Below, piece by piece: positions 36,601-49,733 of a stretch of 64,000 nt of DNA; positions within the stretch are counted from its first letter, which is position 1; every line of letters begins with the position of its first letter. Made by a program: the position numbers and the translations under genes. Origin of the DNA: Macrostomum lignano (taxonomy: Eukaryota); NCBI GenBank assembly GCA_002269645.1, contig NIVC01001837.1, positions 168,311 to 232,310 on the forward strand. The letters run 5' to 3'. A model generated the notes under the pieces. That model was not told where the DNA came from. It ran no database searches and was given only the letters and a program-made list of their open reading frames with translations.

Positions 36601-39600
36601 ATGAAACGTAGAGCCTCCGGGGCTAAAAACAGACGCAAGAAAAAGCTTCGTCTTCTCGAGGAAAACGCCAGAAGTACAGTAGGAATTAGCACTTTCCTGA
36701 GCAAAACTTCTGGACATCCTGCTGCTAAATCTGGCGCCCCTGCTGCTGTTGAATCCGGCGCCCCTGCTGCTGCTGAATCCGGCGCCCCTGCTGCTGTTGA
36801 ATCCGGCGCCCCTGCTGCTGTTGAATCCGGCGCCCCTGCTGCTGCTGAATCCGGCGCCCCTGCTGCTGTTGAATCCGGCGCCCCTGCTGCTGTTGAATCC
36901 GGCGCCCCTGCTGCCAGAGCCCATGCTTCTACTGCTGATACTGGCAGGGGAATCTGCATGATCGACTTCGGTTTGCACGTTGCTGGTGGCCCTCTGAGTG
37001 AACACCTGAATGACCACATTCGTCTTAAGCTGCTTGACTCTGCCTGGTCGCCGTCAGCCAACTACTCAATGCCTTACTCCACGCGCATTGTAAAGGGCAA
37101 AGCTGAAAAGCGCTATCTAAGACATGAGCACCTGCAGAAGCACAGCTTTCTAGCCTTCTCAGAAGCTCGATCTGGGCTTTTCTGTCGGTTCTGTGCGCTT
37201 TTTGGGCCAGCGTCTGGGGATGTACGCAACCAGCAGCTCGGCTTCCTAGTGTCAAAGCCCTTGAGTAGGTACGACCGTCTGTTTGGTGCAAATGGCTATG
37301 TCACCTCCCATGCAGCAACAGCGTATCACCAAGATGCTATAGCACGCGCGGCCACCTTCAAGCAGCTAGCAGCAGCTCGCATCGATGTGGTGAAGCAGCT
37401 GGACGAAGCGCGGCAACGACAGGCAGCAGAGAATCGAAATCGACTGCGGCCAATTGTGAAGACGCTGTTGCTCTGTGGAAGACAAAACATTCCACTTCGC
37501 GGTCACTGCGACGATGGCCCGCTTTCAAGTGTCAACTCTGACACGAGTGACGACAATTCGATGGTTTCAGGCAGCGGCAAATTTCGCGCTTTACTGCAGT
37601 TTCGTTTTGATGCTGGTGACGAAGCGTTGGAAAAGCATCTCAAGAATTCAACAGCAAATGCAACGTACATCAGCAAGACAATTCAAAAGGAGCTCCTCGA
37701 AGCCGCTGGTTGCGTGATTCAGGAAACTCTGGCCACCAAAGTCAATGCAGCAAAATGTTTTTCTGTCCTCATGGATGAGACATGTGACATCTCAAAAAAG
37801 GAGCAGATGTCAGTTGCTGCTCGGTACGTCGATGCTGACTGCACTCTCAGGGAAGATTTTCTCGGATTTGTTCATGTGACCGATCAGTCCGGCTCAGCAC
37901 TCGCCGCTGCATTGTTCAGTTTTCTCGAGAATTTGGGCATCAACTACCACCTACTCGTAGGTCAAGGCTACGATGGAGCCGCTGTAATGCGGGGTGAGTT
38001 CAATGGAGTTCAGGCATATGTTCGGCAGCGTACTTACATTCACTGCACAAGTCACTGCCTAAACCTTGCACTCGTTCATGCCTGCAAACTGCCCCCAATT
38101 CGTAACGCAATGGGAGTTATAGGAGAAGTAACGAACTTCGTCAATTCATCGGCAAAGCGGCTCGAGCTCTTTCAAAGAGTCACCGCAAGTGTCTGCAGAA
38201 GCTGCAGACTGCAGAAGCCGTCAGCGGAAACTGCTAACCCTCTGCGATACTCGCTGGGTTGAGCGGAATGACGCCGTCCTCGTGTTTTCGCAGCTTTTTG
38301 CATCAATTGTGGAATTTCTTGATTTCTGCGAATCCGCCTCCGATTGCGATCCAAGAACTGCTGCCAAGGCGCAGATGCTGAAGGCCACCTGCACAATGCC
38401 GAACTTCATCGTGGCGCTGCATATGATGGGCGAGGTGATGGCAGTAATCCGGCCTCTGTCCAGCTTCCTTCAGAAAGTTAGTATCGATCTGTTTACAGCA
38501 GGCAAGCACATCGAAAACGTTCGTGTCACGCTGGAAAAGATGCAGGCAGAAGCCAGCACTGCCTTCAAAAGCATCTGGTCGTCAGCATCCGAAGCTGCAG
38601 CTGAAGCGGACGTAGAGCTGCGCATCCCTCGTCGTAGAGGCTGTCAGCAGGGGCGTGGTGCTAGCGAAGACACGCCGGAGGAACACTTCCGTGCTGATGT
38701 GTACGAGCCATTCCTACAGCACATTCTGTCTCAGTTCCAGCAGCGCTTTGGGGACCAGGCCCAGCATGATGCTTTTCTCCAGTTAACATGTTTGCTTCCA
38801 AAGTACGTCCATTTATACGATGTCAAAGACTTCGAGCCTTTGACAGACTGTCGCAGTTCAGCAGCTTTTTAGACACCCATGCAGTTGTTAGGGGCGAGTT
38901 TGCCTGCTGGAAAAGTATTTGGGAATGGTCAAAATCTGTGGCTGCAGCCGACACTGCGATTGAGGCGCTGGCTAACTGCGATGCTTTATCCCTAACATTT
39001 TCGCACTGCTGAAGATTGCTGCAACTTTACCTGTCTCAACTGCAACTGTTGAAAGATCTTTTTCTAGTTTACGACGCTTCAAGTCGTATTTGCATTCTAC
39101 CATGCAGCAGGACAGACTTGTCAGCCTGGCTCTGTTGCACACCCACCCTGAGGTTGCAGTGACTGCGGATCAGGTGATTGATCGATTTTGCAGAAGTGGC
39201 TCACGCCGTAAAGACTTTGTTATTTGAATTTTCACCCTTTCTGCAAGCATCCGTCTTTTTGCTAGCTATCACTTGCTAGCTATCACTTGCTAGCTATCAC
39301 AACTAGCTATCACTTGCTAGCTATCACAACTAGCTATCACTTGCTAGCTATCACAACTAGCTATCACTTGCTAGCTACCACAACTAGCTATCACTTGCTA
39401 GCTATCACAACTAGCTATCACAACTAGCTATCACTTGCTAGCTATCACAACTAGCTATCACAACTAGCTATCACTTGCTAGCTATCACAACTAGCTATCA
39501 CAACTAGCTATCACTTGCTAGCTATCACAACTAGCTATCACAACTAGCTATCACTTGCTAGCTACCACAACTAGCTATCACTTGCTAGCTATCACAACTA

Positions 39601-42600
39601 GCTATCACAACTAGCTATCACTTGCTAGCTATCACAACTAGCTATCACTTGCTAGCTATCACAACTAGCCATCACTTGCTAGCTATCACAACTAGCCATC
39701 ACTTGCTAGCTATCACAATTAGCTATCACTTGCTAGCTATCACAACTAGCCATCACTTGCTAGCTATCACAACTAGCCATCACTTGCTAGCTATCACAAC
39801 TAGCTATCGCTTGCTAGCTATCACAACTAGCCATCACTTGCTAGCTATCACAACTAGCCATCACTTGCTAGCTATCACAACTAGCTATCACTTGCTAGCT
39901 ATCACAACTAGCCATCACTTGCTAGCTATCACAACTAGCCATCACTTGCTAGCTATCACAACTAGCTATCACTTGCTAGCTATCACAACTAGCTATCACT
40001 TGCTAGCTATCACAACTAGCTATCACTTGCTAGCTATCACAACTAGCTATCACTTGCTAGCTATCACAACTAGCTATCACTTGCTAGCTATCACAACTAG
40101 CTATCACTACGAGCTGCGCGTGAATTTTTTATAAAGCTAGCTAAGTTAACAACTGGTTAATAAAGCTTGCATTGCAATTGAACCTTTTAATAAAGCTACA
40201 TGTAACTATTCACATTTTATAGTCAATATGACAATATGTCTTTCTGGCTGACATTCAAGTAGTGCTAAACACATCACTTGAGACTTAGCTATTTAATCAT
40301 TTTTCCGATTTGCTACACGCATAGGCCTTAGGCCTACTTTCATTGCAGCTAAATGACAAACTTAAACTACCACACAGCAACAAATTTACATTTTGTGTAA
40401 AGTCAATTAGCCATTTAATTTATATTGCTTTGCATGTCAATAATCATCACAAAGGACATTGAGAAGAATATAGCTAAGGACTAAGGTGCTAGGTGCATAT
40501 GGCGCCCCTCTAGCAGTAGTGCGCCCCTTGTCTGCCTGTCCGTCCCCCCCGAAAGAAATCCTAGATCCGCCACTGCATGACACAAACGGGAGAGAAGCAC
40601 TAATGATGTTTGCCCATCAAGCCTGCGCCCAGTGTCCGATTTCTAAGAAACAGCAAAATCAAAAAGGATCAGATTTGTTTACAAAATTCGAAATCGCTTG
40701 GGAAATGGGATAAAATGTTGTTACATAGGAGATCAACTGAACATGCGAATTAACTTTTACACAGGGGAATCAAGTGTTAGACAGGGAATCAACTGTTAGA
40801 CACAGGGAATCAAGTGTTAGACACAGGGAATCAAGTGTTAGACAGGGGGTTAACTGTTAGACACAGGGAATCAACTGTTAGACACACAGAATCAACTGTT
40901 AGACACACAGAATCAACTGTTAGACACAGGGAATCAAGTGTTAGACACAGGGAATCAACTGTTAGACACAGGCAATCAACTGTTAGACACAGGAAATCAA
41001 GTGTTAGACAGGGGGTTAACTGTTAGACACAGGGAATCAAGTGTTAGACACAGGGAATCAACTGTTAGACACAGGGAACCAAGTGTTAGACACACAGAAT
41101 CAACTGTTAGACACAGGGAATTAACTGTTAGACACAGGGAATCAAGTGTTAGACACAGGGAATCAACTGTTAGACACACAGAATCAACTGTTAGACACAG
41201 GGAATCAACTGTTAGACACAGGGAATCAACTGTTAGACACACAGAATCAACTGTTAGACACAGGGAATCAACTGTTAGACACCGGGAATCGACTTTTAGA
41301 CACAGGGAATCAAGTGTTAGACAGGGGGTTAACTGTTAGACACAGGGAATCAAGTGTTAGACACAGGGAATCAACTGTTAGACACAGGGAATCAACTGTT
41401 AGACACAGGGAATCAACTGTTAGACACAGGGAATCAACTGTTAGACACAGGGAATCGACTTTTAGACACAGGGAATCGACTGTTAGACAGGTTACTATCT
41501 AGACAGCCGCAATGGCAGGAAAAGCGGCTGTGGAGTACCGCTATGCTTTATGAAAATATTTATTTATGACTGGCCCTGTCAGTCGGAGTGTCTGAGCAGC
41601 ACCTGCCGAGCTGGAACCGCAGTTCGAGTTGAAGCAGTTGCTAGGGATCGTAGGCTACAGGAAGTTCAACTGCACAAACTCATGCCTGCCTAGCGCGTAT
41701 GCATGCACAAATATTTGGACAAAAGTGCAAGCGCTTGCTGCAATGTGAACAAATTCGAAAATCCGATTACAGGTTGCTGCAAAGCTCGGCAGTTTGCCAT
41801 CTTCCTTGAGTCACCCCGACTCCAGAACGTCTTATCGGAGCCTTCCATGGCCCAATGTTCTGTGACGCAGCTGGGCAGTGCAAACAGGGGGTGGGAGATC
41901 GAGGCTGCGAGGGGGGAGTGAGGGAGCAGCTGGTGCTACCCAAGAGGGAATCGGGGAATTCAGGGGGAGGAAATCTGGGGAATCATAGGGAGGGAATTAG
42001 GGGAATCAGAGGGAGGGAATCGGGGCAATCAGAGGGAGAGAATTGGTGGAATCAGAGGGAGGGAATTGGGGAATCAGAGGAAGGGAATTGAGGGAATCAA
42101 AGGGAGGGAATCGGGGGATTCAGAGGGAGGGAATGGGGGGAATCAGGGGGAGGGAATCGGGGGAATCAGAGTGAGGGAGTCAAAGGAATCAGATCGAGGG
42201 AATCGGGGGAATCAGAGTGAGGGAGTTGGGGGAATCAGATCAAGGGAATCGGGGGAATCAGATTTTGAGGGAATCGGGGGAATCAGAGGGAGAGAATTGG
42301 TGGAATCAGAGGGAGGGAATTGGGGAATCAGAGGAAGGGAATTGAGGGAATCAAAGGGAGGGAATCGGGGGATTCAGAGGGAGGGAATGGGGGGAATCTG
42401 GGGGAGGGAATTGGGGGAATCAGAGTGAGATAATCGGGGGAATCAGAGTGAGGGAGTCAAGGGAATCAGATCGAGGGAATCGGGGGAATCAGAGTGAGGG
42501 AGTTGGGGGAATCAGATTGAGGGAATCGGGGGAATCAGATTGAGGGAATCGGGGGAATCAGAGGGAGGGAATCAGGGGAATCAGAGGGAGGGAATTGGGG

Positions 42601-44476
42601 GCATCAGAGGGAGAGAATTGGGGGAATCAGAGGGAGGGAATTGGGGGAATCAGAGGGAGAGAATTGGGGGAATCAGAGGGAGGGAATTGGGGGAATCAGA
42701 GGGAGGGAATTGATGGAATCAGAGGGAGGGAATTAGGGGAATCAGAGGGAGGGAATTAGGGGAATCAGAGGGAGGGAATTGGGGGAATCAGAGGGAATTA
42801 AGGAATTCATTGGAGATGTTAATCTATCAAGCAAGTCAGGAATGAAACCAAGAGAGGGGTAAAGAGGCTGGAGAATCTACCAGCAGGCTGATGTCGATGT
42901 GATTGTCAATAATTAACATATTTTTGCGAACAGGAGCATCGTGAAAGAAATCCTCTTCCCCCCTCTGTTCGGCGTGAATATTTCAGGCGATGCGGAGCAG
43001 AGCAGACACTCTGAATAGCATATGACTCCCGACATGCCAGTCCCGACTGAGGGCGCTCGCACCCACCGGAAAAGGGCCAGTCTTGGCTTCAGTTTCCCTG
43101 ACTGAGTCCCTGGTAAACCCCACAGTTTCCCGGTGGCAGCTGCCGAGAGAAATGCCTGGGCAAACACTCTCAAATGGATGAATTGGAGATCCTGACCTCC
43201 AGAAATCTGTGACCAATTTTTTGCGCTGTCCAACAGATATGAGAGACTTCAGAATGCTACATTTTCTTAGAAATTTCCACGAAAAAAGTATCAATATTGA
43301 ACAAGTTTATTTGAATTGGACTCAGCCTTGTTGTTTTGATGGTTAAAAGTACATTCAAATGAGTCTGTTTTGGATGTTTTTCTACCCAATGAAGGACACT
43401 GAGGGAGCAGCGGCATCACTGAAGGACACTGAGGGAGCAGCGGCATCACTGAAGGACACTGAGGGAGCAGCGGCATCACTGAAGGACACTGAGGGAGCAG
43501 CGGCATCACTGAAGGACACTGAGGGAGCAGCGGCATCACTGAAGGACACTGAGGGAGCAGCGGCATCACTGAAGGACACTGAGGGAGCAGCGGCATCACT
43601 GAAGGACACTGAGGGAGCAGCGGCTGTACAGCGGAATCAGGTACAGCCCAGCTTTGCCAAACTCAGGATGATCCTCACCTGGGCGCGACTGCGCAACGAC
43701 CTGGCCGTGTTGAAGGTGCGGAGCGGCCGCATCGGCTGGCCGGACTCGGCGCTTGGAGCTGACGATCGGAACAGCACTCTGGCCACGGCGGTGTACAGCA
43801 CGCTGAGCAGCACCAGCGGCGCCAGGTAGGACAGCAGCAGGTCGCCAACGTACAGAGCGGCGTATCCGGGATCTGTCCGGTTCAGCCGATGGCCGCAGGC
43901 GGACACGGTGTCGTTGAGCCGCCGTACCGGTACCAGAGTGGCCAGGTAGAGCCAGGGCGAGTTGTAGGCGAGGCCGCACAGCCAGATGGCGCAGATGATC
44001 CGCTTGGCCCGGCGCACGGTGCACAGGGCGTGCGCCCGCATCGGCCGGCAGATGGCCACGTAGCGCTCGATGGAGAAGGCCGTGATGGCGAAGGCGCTGG
44101 TCTTCACGGCCACGTAGGTCAGGTAGACGTTCAGCTTGCAGCCGGGCACGCCGAGCAGCAGCCAGTTGTCGCGGACAACGTTGAGCTCTACCAGAATGGT
44201 GACGGAGCCGAGCAGGAGCACCAGCAGGTCGGACGCGGCCAGCGACACCAGGTAGCAGTTGGTTGGCGTCAGCAGCCTGCTGCGGACTCGGAGCACCACC
44301 GCCACCACCAGGGCGTTTCCGGCCACACCAATCAGCAGGGCGGCCGAGGCGACCATCGTGACGAAGGCTCGGATTGGTACATCGTAGTACTGGCTGCCCT
44401 GCTGCTGCTGCGGGCCAGCCTCCGGTGCTGCATCAAGTGTAGCGTTGCTGCCGGTGATGGGCCTTTGCTCCAGCAT
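33615..44476 (-). CDS. TRHR: Class A neuropeptide GPCR, TRH-receptor-like
   Basis: Exons 44476-43679, 35376-35145, 33811-33615 (phases 0 and 1 consistent). Motifs GVAGNALV, TPTNCYLVSLAASD, ITAFSIERYVAIC, RAQ|VVKML, WLPYR and NSAINPVIYNAMSVKFRREF match the TRHR family pattern (TPTNCYLVSLAVAD, ITAFTIERY, RKQVTKML, WMPYR, NSAINPVIYNLMSQKFR). An ETH-receptor-type affinity is not excluded without a tree. Confidence 0.85.
33815..34020. repeat. GAATTGAT/GAATTGGT micro-repeat
   Basis: 8-9-bp units abutting the last GPCR acceptor. Confidence 0.9.
34450..35095. repeat. 15-bp minisatellite
   Basis: Unit CCACACCACCTGCAC, about 43 copies, GPCR intron 2. Confidence 0.95.
35545..35760. repeat. 15-bp degenerate minisatellite
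   Basis: Unit GGGGTGCTAATGGAG. Confidence 0.85.
36601..39227 (+). pseudogene. hAT transposase (ZMYM1/P52rIPK-like, DUF4371 + hATC dimerisation domain), frameshifted
   Basis: Motifs GRQNIPLRGH, GKFRALL, YISKTIQKELL, MDETCD, GQGYDGAAVM, HCTSHCLNL, CDTRWVER and LPVSTATVERSFS. About three frame changes (near 38200, 38850, 38990); stop at 39225-39227. The indels could be assembly errors. Confidence 0.88.
39262..40108. repeat. 13+14-bp (27-bp) minisatellite inside the hAT element
   Basis: CTAGCTATCACAA / CTAGCTATCACTTG alternation. Confidence 0.95.
40765..41490. repeat. 21-bp minisatellite
   Basis: Unit GTTAGACACAGGGAATCAACT. Confidence 0.95.
41940..42800. repeat. ~21-bp purine-rich degenerate minisatellite
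   Basis: Unit GGGGAATCAGAGGGAGGGAAT. Confidence 0.9.
43391..43625. repeat. 30-bp near-perfect tandem repeat
   Basis: Unit GAAGGACACTGAGGGAGCAGCGGCATCACT, about 8 copies, 50 bp from the GPCR exon 1 donor. Confidence 0.95.
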
Positions 44477-44954
44477 TGCTTCTATTAGCTCTGGCGCTAT
44501 CTAGCTGTATGGTTTGCTTTGCTTTCTAATTTTCCTTTAATAACTCTAGATGAGCCTCTATATACATGTAAGTATCTACTCTACTCAGGTCGCGCTTGTC
44601 CAATCGGGGCCGGCCGACTCGGGGGCGGCAGCTCGGTCCTTCGAGCTCGACTCGGCCGCTTGTGTTGCTTTGAAAAAATCTCTGACTCGAGCAGTTCCGC
44701 TGGGAGGCGGGGTAAGAGGGAAGTTGACGAATTTGAGACGGCAATAATCAGTTCGGAGCAGACTCGCTCGATTAGAAATTTAGTGCGAGGAACACCGGCT
44801 CAGCGCCGTCGCTCATCCGCCCAGGGACTGTCGTCGCAACCGCCCGGGTGCTCCGCTGGGAGCCGCGTGGGCTCTGTTTGGGGAGACGAATTTTGGCTAA
44901 GCCGATCGAGGGATTTAGTCTCATAGTCTGAACTGACTTGTACTGCTCCTGCAG

Positions 44955-45735
44955 CCATAGATTAGCAATCCAGTATTCTAATCGTATCTGTAGACCATAG
45001 ATTAGCAATCCAATATTCTAATCGTATCTCTAGACCATAGATTAGCAATCCAATATTCTAATCGTATCCGTAGGCCATAGATTAGCAATCCAGTATTCTA
45101 ATCGCATCTGTAGACCATAGATTAGCAATCCAATATTCTAATCGCATCTGTAGACCATAGATTAGCAATCCAATATTCTAATCGTAACTGAAGACCATAG
45201 ATTAGCAATCCAATATTCTAATCGCATCTGTAGACCATAGATTAGCAATCCAATATTCCCATTGTATCTGTAGACCATAGATTAGCAATCCAGTATTCCC
45301 ATTGTTTCTGTAGACCATAGATTAGCAATCCAGTATTCTAATCGTATCTGTAGACCATAGATTAGCAATCCAATATTCTAATCGCATCTGTAGACCATAG
45401 ATTAGCAATCCAATATTCCCATTGTATCTGTAGACCATAGATTAGCAATCCAATATTCCCATTGTTTCTGTAGATCATAGATTAGCAATCCAATATTCTA
45501 ATCGTATCTGTAGACCATAGATTAGCAATCCAATATTCTAATCGCATCTGTAGACCATAGATTAGCAATCCAATATTCTAATCGCATCTGTAGACCATAG
45601 ATTAGCAATCCAATATTCTAATCGCATCTGTAGACCATAGATTAGCAATCCAATATTCTAATCGTATCTGTAGACCATAGATTAGCAATCCATTCTATTC
45701 CTTCATCCGTGATGGCTATAGATTAGCAATCCATT
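44955..45735. repeat. 40-bp minisatellite
   Basis: Unit TAGACCATAGATTAGCAATCCAATATTCTAATCGTATCTG, about 19 copies, upstream of the GPCR. Confidence 0.95.
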
Positions 45736-46879
45736 TTATTCGTAGCCTCCATGTAATAATGAAAGCCTCCATTGGCCTCCATTACGTACATGCTCGAGCG
45801 ATTAGCACATCCGTTCTTTTCGTTCATCCATTCACTCCGAATTGAAGCCTATTTTAAGCTTTCTGATTGTGTTCTACAAATCCAATGAATTGTTTGTAAA
45901 AAACTTTTATTGACTATAGGTTAGCAAATAAAAAATTGAAATGCCTTCTAGATTAGATGGACTTAAAATGAAATATTATTGATTGACAAAATTTACGAAG
46001 ATTGAAGCTCTGCAGGTGCGCGACCTCGTCGCGTCTTTGATTGAATTTTGATTTTAATTTGGCAGGCGCACGCAGCCAGCCGAAGGCAATTTCCGCGTCA
46101 ATATTTTATGCGCGTGACAAGCTGGCACGAAGAAATTTTATTGCAGGCATAGGGCCTAATTAGGACAGATAGGTAACAGACAGTTATTGGCTGAGGCCCT
46201 ACAGGGCTGCACAGGACACTTTTACGGAGTCATTGTGAGCATCATCGGTAAGAATTTCGAGCTAGCTCGTTTACAGTGTAGTTGTTACCTGGGGAGATTT
46301 TAATTTTTCATAAAGCTGTGCTGTGCAAAATTTGTAATTGAGCTAGCTGACTGACAGACACAGCTGGCAGACAAGCATAATTACATGCAGTCAGACAGTT
46401 GAAGACAGGCAGCTTCAAGAGCCTGAATACAATTTTCATTTGTGATTCATTTATTGGATTTTGTTAACAATTGTATGAACGTTTTTAATGATTATAAATG
46501 TAGCCATTGCTCAGAGAGTTTTTTAGACTACTTAAAGGGGCCGGCACAGATGCGTAGGCAGATTGCTGCATGACCTAACGAGTTACGAGTAATTTTGCAT
46601 AGTGCATTGCAAATCCCCAATCCTTTTCTGACAGTTCTACGGGCTCGTATTGTCCAATCAACTCTTCCTTTATTGGCCTGACTAAACTTAGACGCCCAAG
46701 CCTAAAGGAGGCTAATACGGCCTCCCCAACCACCCACTGAGCCCGGCGGAATCTGCTGACCAGACGCCTTGTTCGTTAATCTTCAAATCTGCACACGGTT
46801 CTGAGTTCGTTGACTTGTTTAAGTTGTTTATTTCGTTCCCACGGGAAGCTCACCTCATCGAAGGCCGAGGCCTGAAGGA

Positions 46880-48420
46880 ACTGGTGGCAGCACTACCTAC
46901 GCTACTAAGATCTACGAAAAAACTTCCAAGAGGAGGCGCGAGATTTAAGGCCACCTCGAGACAACCCCGAGACAACCCTCAGTGTTTCACTAGTGGCAGC
47001 GGTGGGATTCAAAGACCTACCAGGCCACCAAACGAGAACCCTCTAAACACTTCATTATTTTATTTAACGAGATAAATCGAGACGGGCTTAATGGAGTCGG
47101 CAACTGTTTGGGGCACAGACAAATACGAAGCTTATAAATTAACGGTTGGGCAACGATTGAAAATAAAAGTGCATTGGATTCGGATCGGTATTACAACTTG
47201 TCCCCCCTCAAGGCAAGGAGCTCTTATAATTTATAGCAGTCTTCTGGAATGAAAACGAGTCTTACCTCACACGCAAATTGTTAAGATAAGGAGCCAGCAC
47301 TGAATGTCTATGACTCTATCTGACTCTGCCCAGTCTGCATGGCCTCATGAGGTTAAAGTAAAAAAACTCGTTTCCACTCTAGATTTCTAATTATAGAACT
47401 CCTTGCCTCAAGGCCTCAAGGAAAAAACATTTGTAGTTATGGATTGGTGAGGTTTGAGTGTTAATCGGTGAGCTGAAAGAGCTTACAAGCTGACAAGGTG
47501 AAACGGCGAATTTGTTGCAAGTTTGGAATTAAGCGCCAATGCTGTTCAGCAATTACAGCACAAATCTCGCGAGCTTCGGCGGGACCGGGATATTATAATT
47601 TGGTTGTTCCCCTGCCCGGGGCATCCGGCTCATTGGTCGTGGTATATATCTGCTCTTTTATATCTCTGGCCGCCATTTGCAGTAGGGAAATAGGGAATGA
47701 GACGTGAATGAGAAAATCAAGTCCGATCCGATCGAAAAATGTAACAATAGATCGTTCTTTTATCACGCTTAAAAATGCAAGTCTTCGCCACTGTCGACCT
47801 TCGCCTTTGCCTACCTTTGCCTTTGCCTACTAGCCCAACCTTTGCTTACCAGCAAATTGAACTGGATGAGGCGGCCAGAAACCTCTCCATCATCAACACG
47901 TCGCGTGTGTACCGAGTAAACAGGCTGCAAATGGGGATGAAAAGTCCCGTTCATCTTCTAGAACCATGGAATCGATTTTGTGAGACATCAAAAGGACTGC
48001 TGATTTATCAAGACGACATCCTGGTGCACGCATCAGATGCGGCTACACTAAAAAATTAGCGTCTTACCGCGGTGCGCACCCGACTGCGAGTAAAGCGTGT
48101 CACGTCCATGAACGAGTACAAGTGCATTGGATTCGGATCGGTATGCAACACCTACGTATCCTTTGAGCCACTTCCTGACATTTCACTTGAACTTCAAGTG
48201 ACCCCTTTGCCCGTACAGCAATCGGATAACGACGTCATACACGTCAACTGAACGTCGGTGTAATGTAAGTTTTTTGTCATACTGTAGACGACGATAGACG
48301 CGAGGAGCGTCCGGCCGACATCGACCAACGTCGGATTGCTGTACGGGTTGAGCATTTATATCAATAGTTTTGACAATTTTGAGCTGGACGGCAATTTTAA
48401 GCAAAGTTTGTATTACGAAC
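46880..48420. mobile_element. Degenerate Ty3/Gypsy LTR-retrotransposon fragments
   Basis: tRNA-Leu-type PBS TAGTGGCAGCGGTGGGATTC at 46991-47010 after ...TTTCA. RT fragment AYQQIELDE...YQDDILVH (+, 47775-48125). PPT-like GAGGGGGGAC next to an LTR-like terminus (-, about 47195-47212). Protease-region remnant KGSLEVQVK (-, about 48185-48210). Confidence 0.7.
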
Positions 48421-48896
48421 TATATATATAGCGACCTTTTTAGTCAAGTTTCCTCAATTTTCGTTCAATAGATCATGGATAATATATAGAAGTGACTTCT
48501 TATCCTGGCAAAAAAGAGTTCGACTTCATACGAGCAGGTATAAATCCTGTTTGAAAGTTTTACAGATCGGTTTAATTGATTATCTAATTAAGACTCAGTA
48601 TATGCAATAAGCGATCAATTAAAAATGCAAGGACTTCTGCAATGGTTTTAGGTCCTTGTAGTAAATATTAAAAATTTGAATTTTTGCTTTCTTGTAAATT
48701 AAGTGTTAAACCGCGCATGACGCACTCACTAAAATATCTGTGCTATTTATGAATGAATATGATGTATTTTTTATTTTAACGTGCATCACAAATTTGCTAA
48801 TTTATGAATGTTTGATAAATATTTTGCTTATCTTAGTTTTGTGCCATATCTTAGTTTTATCGTAGTTAACAGCTAAACGCACAATCCGAGAACGAC

Positions 48897-49727
48897 ATGT
48901 CGCAAAAAGGCAAACGAAAAAATGACACGGAAGTCCACGATGTTTCACCAACAGGTGCATCCCTTCCGCCGCGATCCAAATCCCGACGAGAGACCGAGGA
49001 CAGTAGCTGCCTTGCTTGCAACGTTGAAGTCCACGAGGGCATCGAGTGCGAGAGCTGTCACCGCTGGTGCCACCAGGCCTGCTCTGGACTAGCCAAGCCT
49101 GTGTTTACCGCAATCGCTAATGGCCCCAGCGACAATGGGCTCATCTGGACCTGTCGCGACTGTAAGGTGCACGCGCGTGCGCTCATCAACAACATAGAGC
49201 AATTAAAAGCCATCAATACTAAACTGGACGCCCTGGAGGAACGCATCGCCGAGCTCGAGTCAATCGAAAATGGCAAACAAACAATAACGTACGACATAAG
49301 CTTCGATGAGATTGTAGAAGAAGTGAATCTGCGAAATGTTAAAAAAAATAATATAATAATTTTCGGATTGCAAGAGACGGAGGAGCTTGAGAACTTGCTA
49401 CGAGATGGACTGAAGATCACCCCATCAACAGTGCCAATTATCGCCACCAAACGACTTGGCCGTGAGCAACCTTTTAGCAACCGGCCGAGGCCCCTGGTTG
49501 TTCGCCTTGCAAACGAAAGTGACAAAGCAGCTTTCTTCGGCAACCTAAAAAACCTGCGGGAAACTGGTTCTGCCTATCAAAGAGTCAGAATAGAGAACGA
49601 CCTAACAGAGAAGGAACGTACGTACAAGCAGAAGGTCATCAAAGAGCTGAAAAAACGGAAAGAAGATGGTGAGAAAAACATTCGAATTGCATATAAGAAG
49701 GGAGTCCCCTTCATCAAAGCTTTTTGA
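48897..49727 (+). CDS. LINE ORF1p: PHD finger, coiled coil, L1/CR1-type RNA-binding region
   Basis: CLAC...CESCHRWCHQAC...WTCRDC (C4HC3); KNNIIIFGL; RPRPLVVRL; I.NDLT..ER motif. Confidence 0.9.
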   Translation: MSQKGKRKNDTEVHDVSPTGASLPPRSKSRRETEDSSCLACNVEVHEGIECESCHRWCHQACSGLAKPVFTAIANGPSDNGLIWTCRDCKVHARALINNIEQLKAINTKLDALEERIAELESIENGKQTITYDISFDEIVEEVNLRNVKKNNIIIFGLQETEELENLLRDGLKITPSTVPIIATKRLGREQPFSNRPRPLVVRLANESDKAAFFGNLKNLRETGSAYQRVRIENDLTEKERTYKQKVIKELKKRKEDGEKNIRIAYKKGVPFIKAF

Positions 49728-49733
49728 ACTTCA

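Larger units (their letters stand above)
35956..40575 (+). mobile_element. Full-length hAT DNA transposon (4620 bp) in GPCR intron 1
   Basis: TIRs CAGGGGCGGATACAG / CTAGATCCGCCACTG (12/15 match); 8-bp TSD CATGACAC at 35948-35955 and 40576-40583; internal transposase. Confidence 0.92.

Noticed and set aside
43391-43625. CRISPR-like 30-bp direct repeats
   Set aside because: No unique spacers, no cas genes, eukaryotic context. The same applies to all other arrays.
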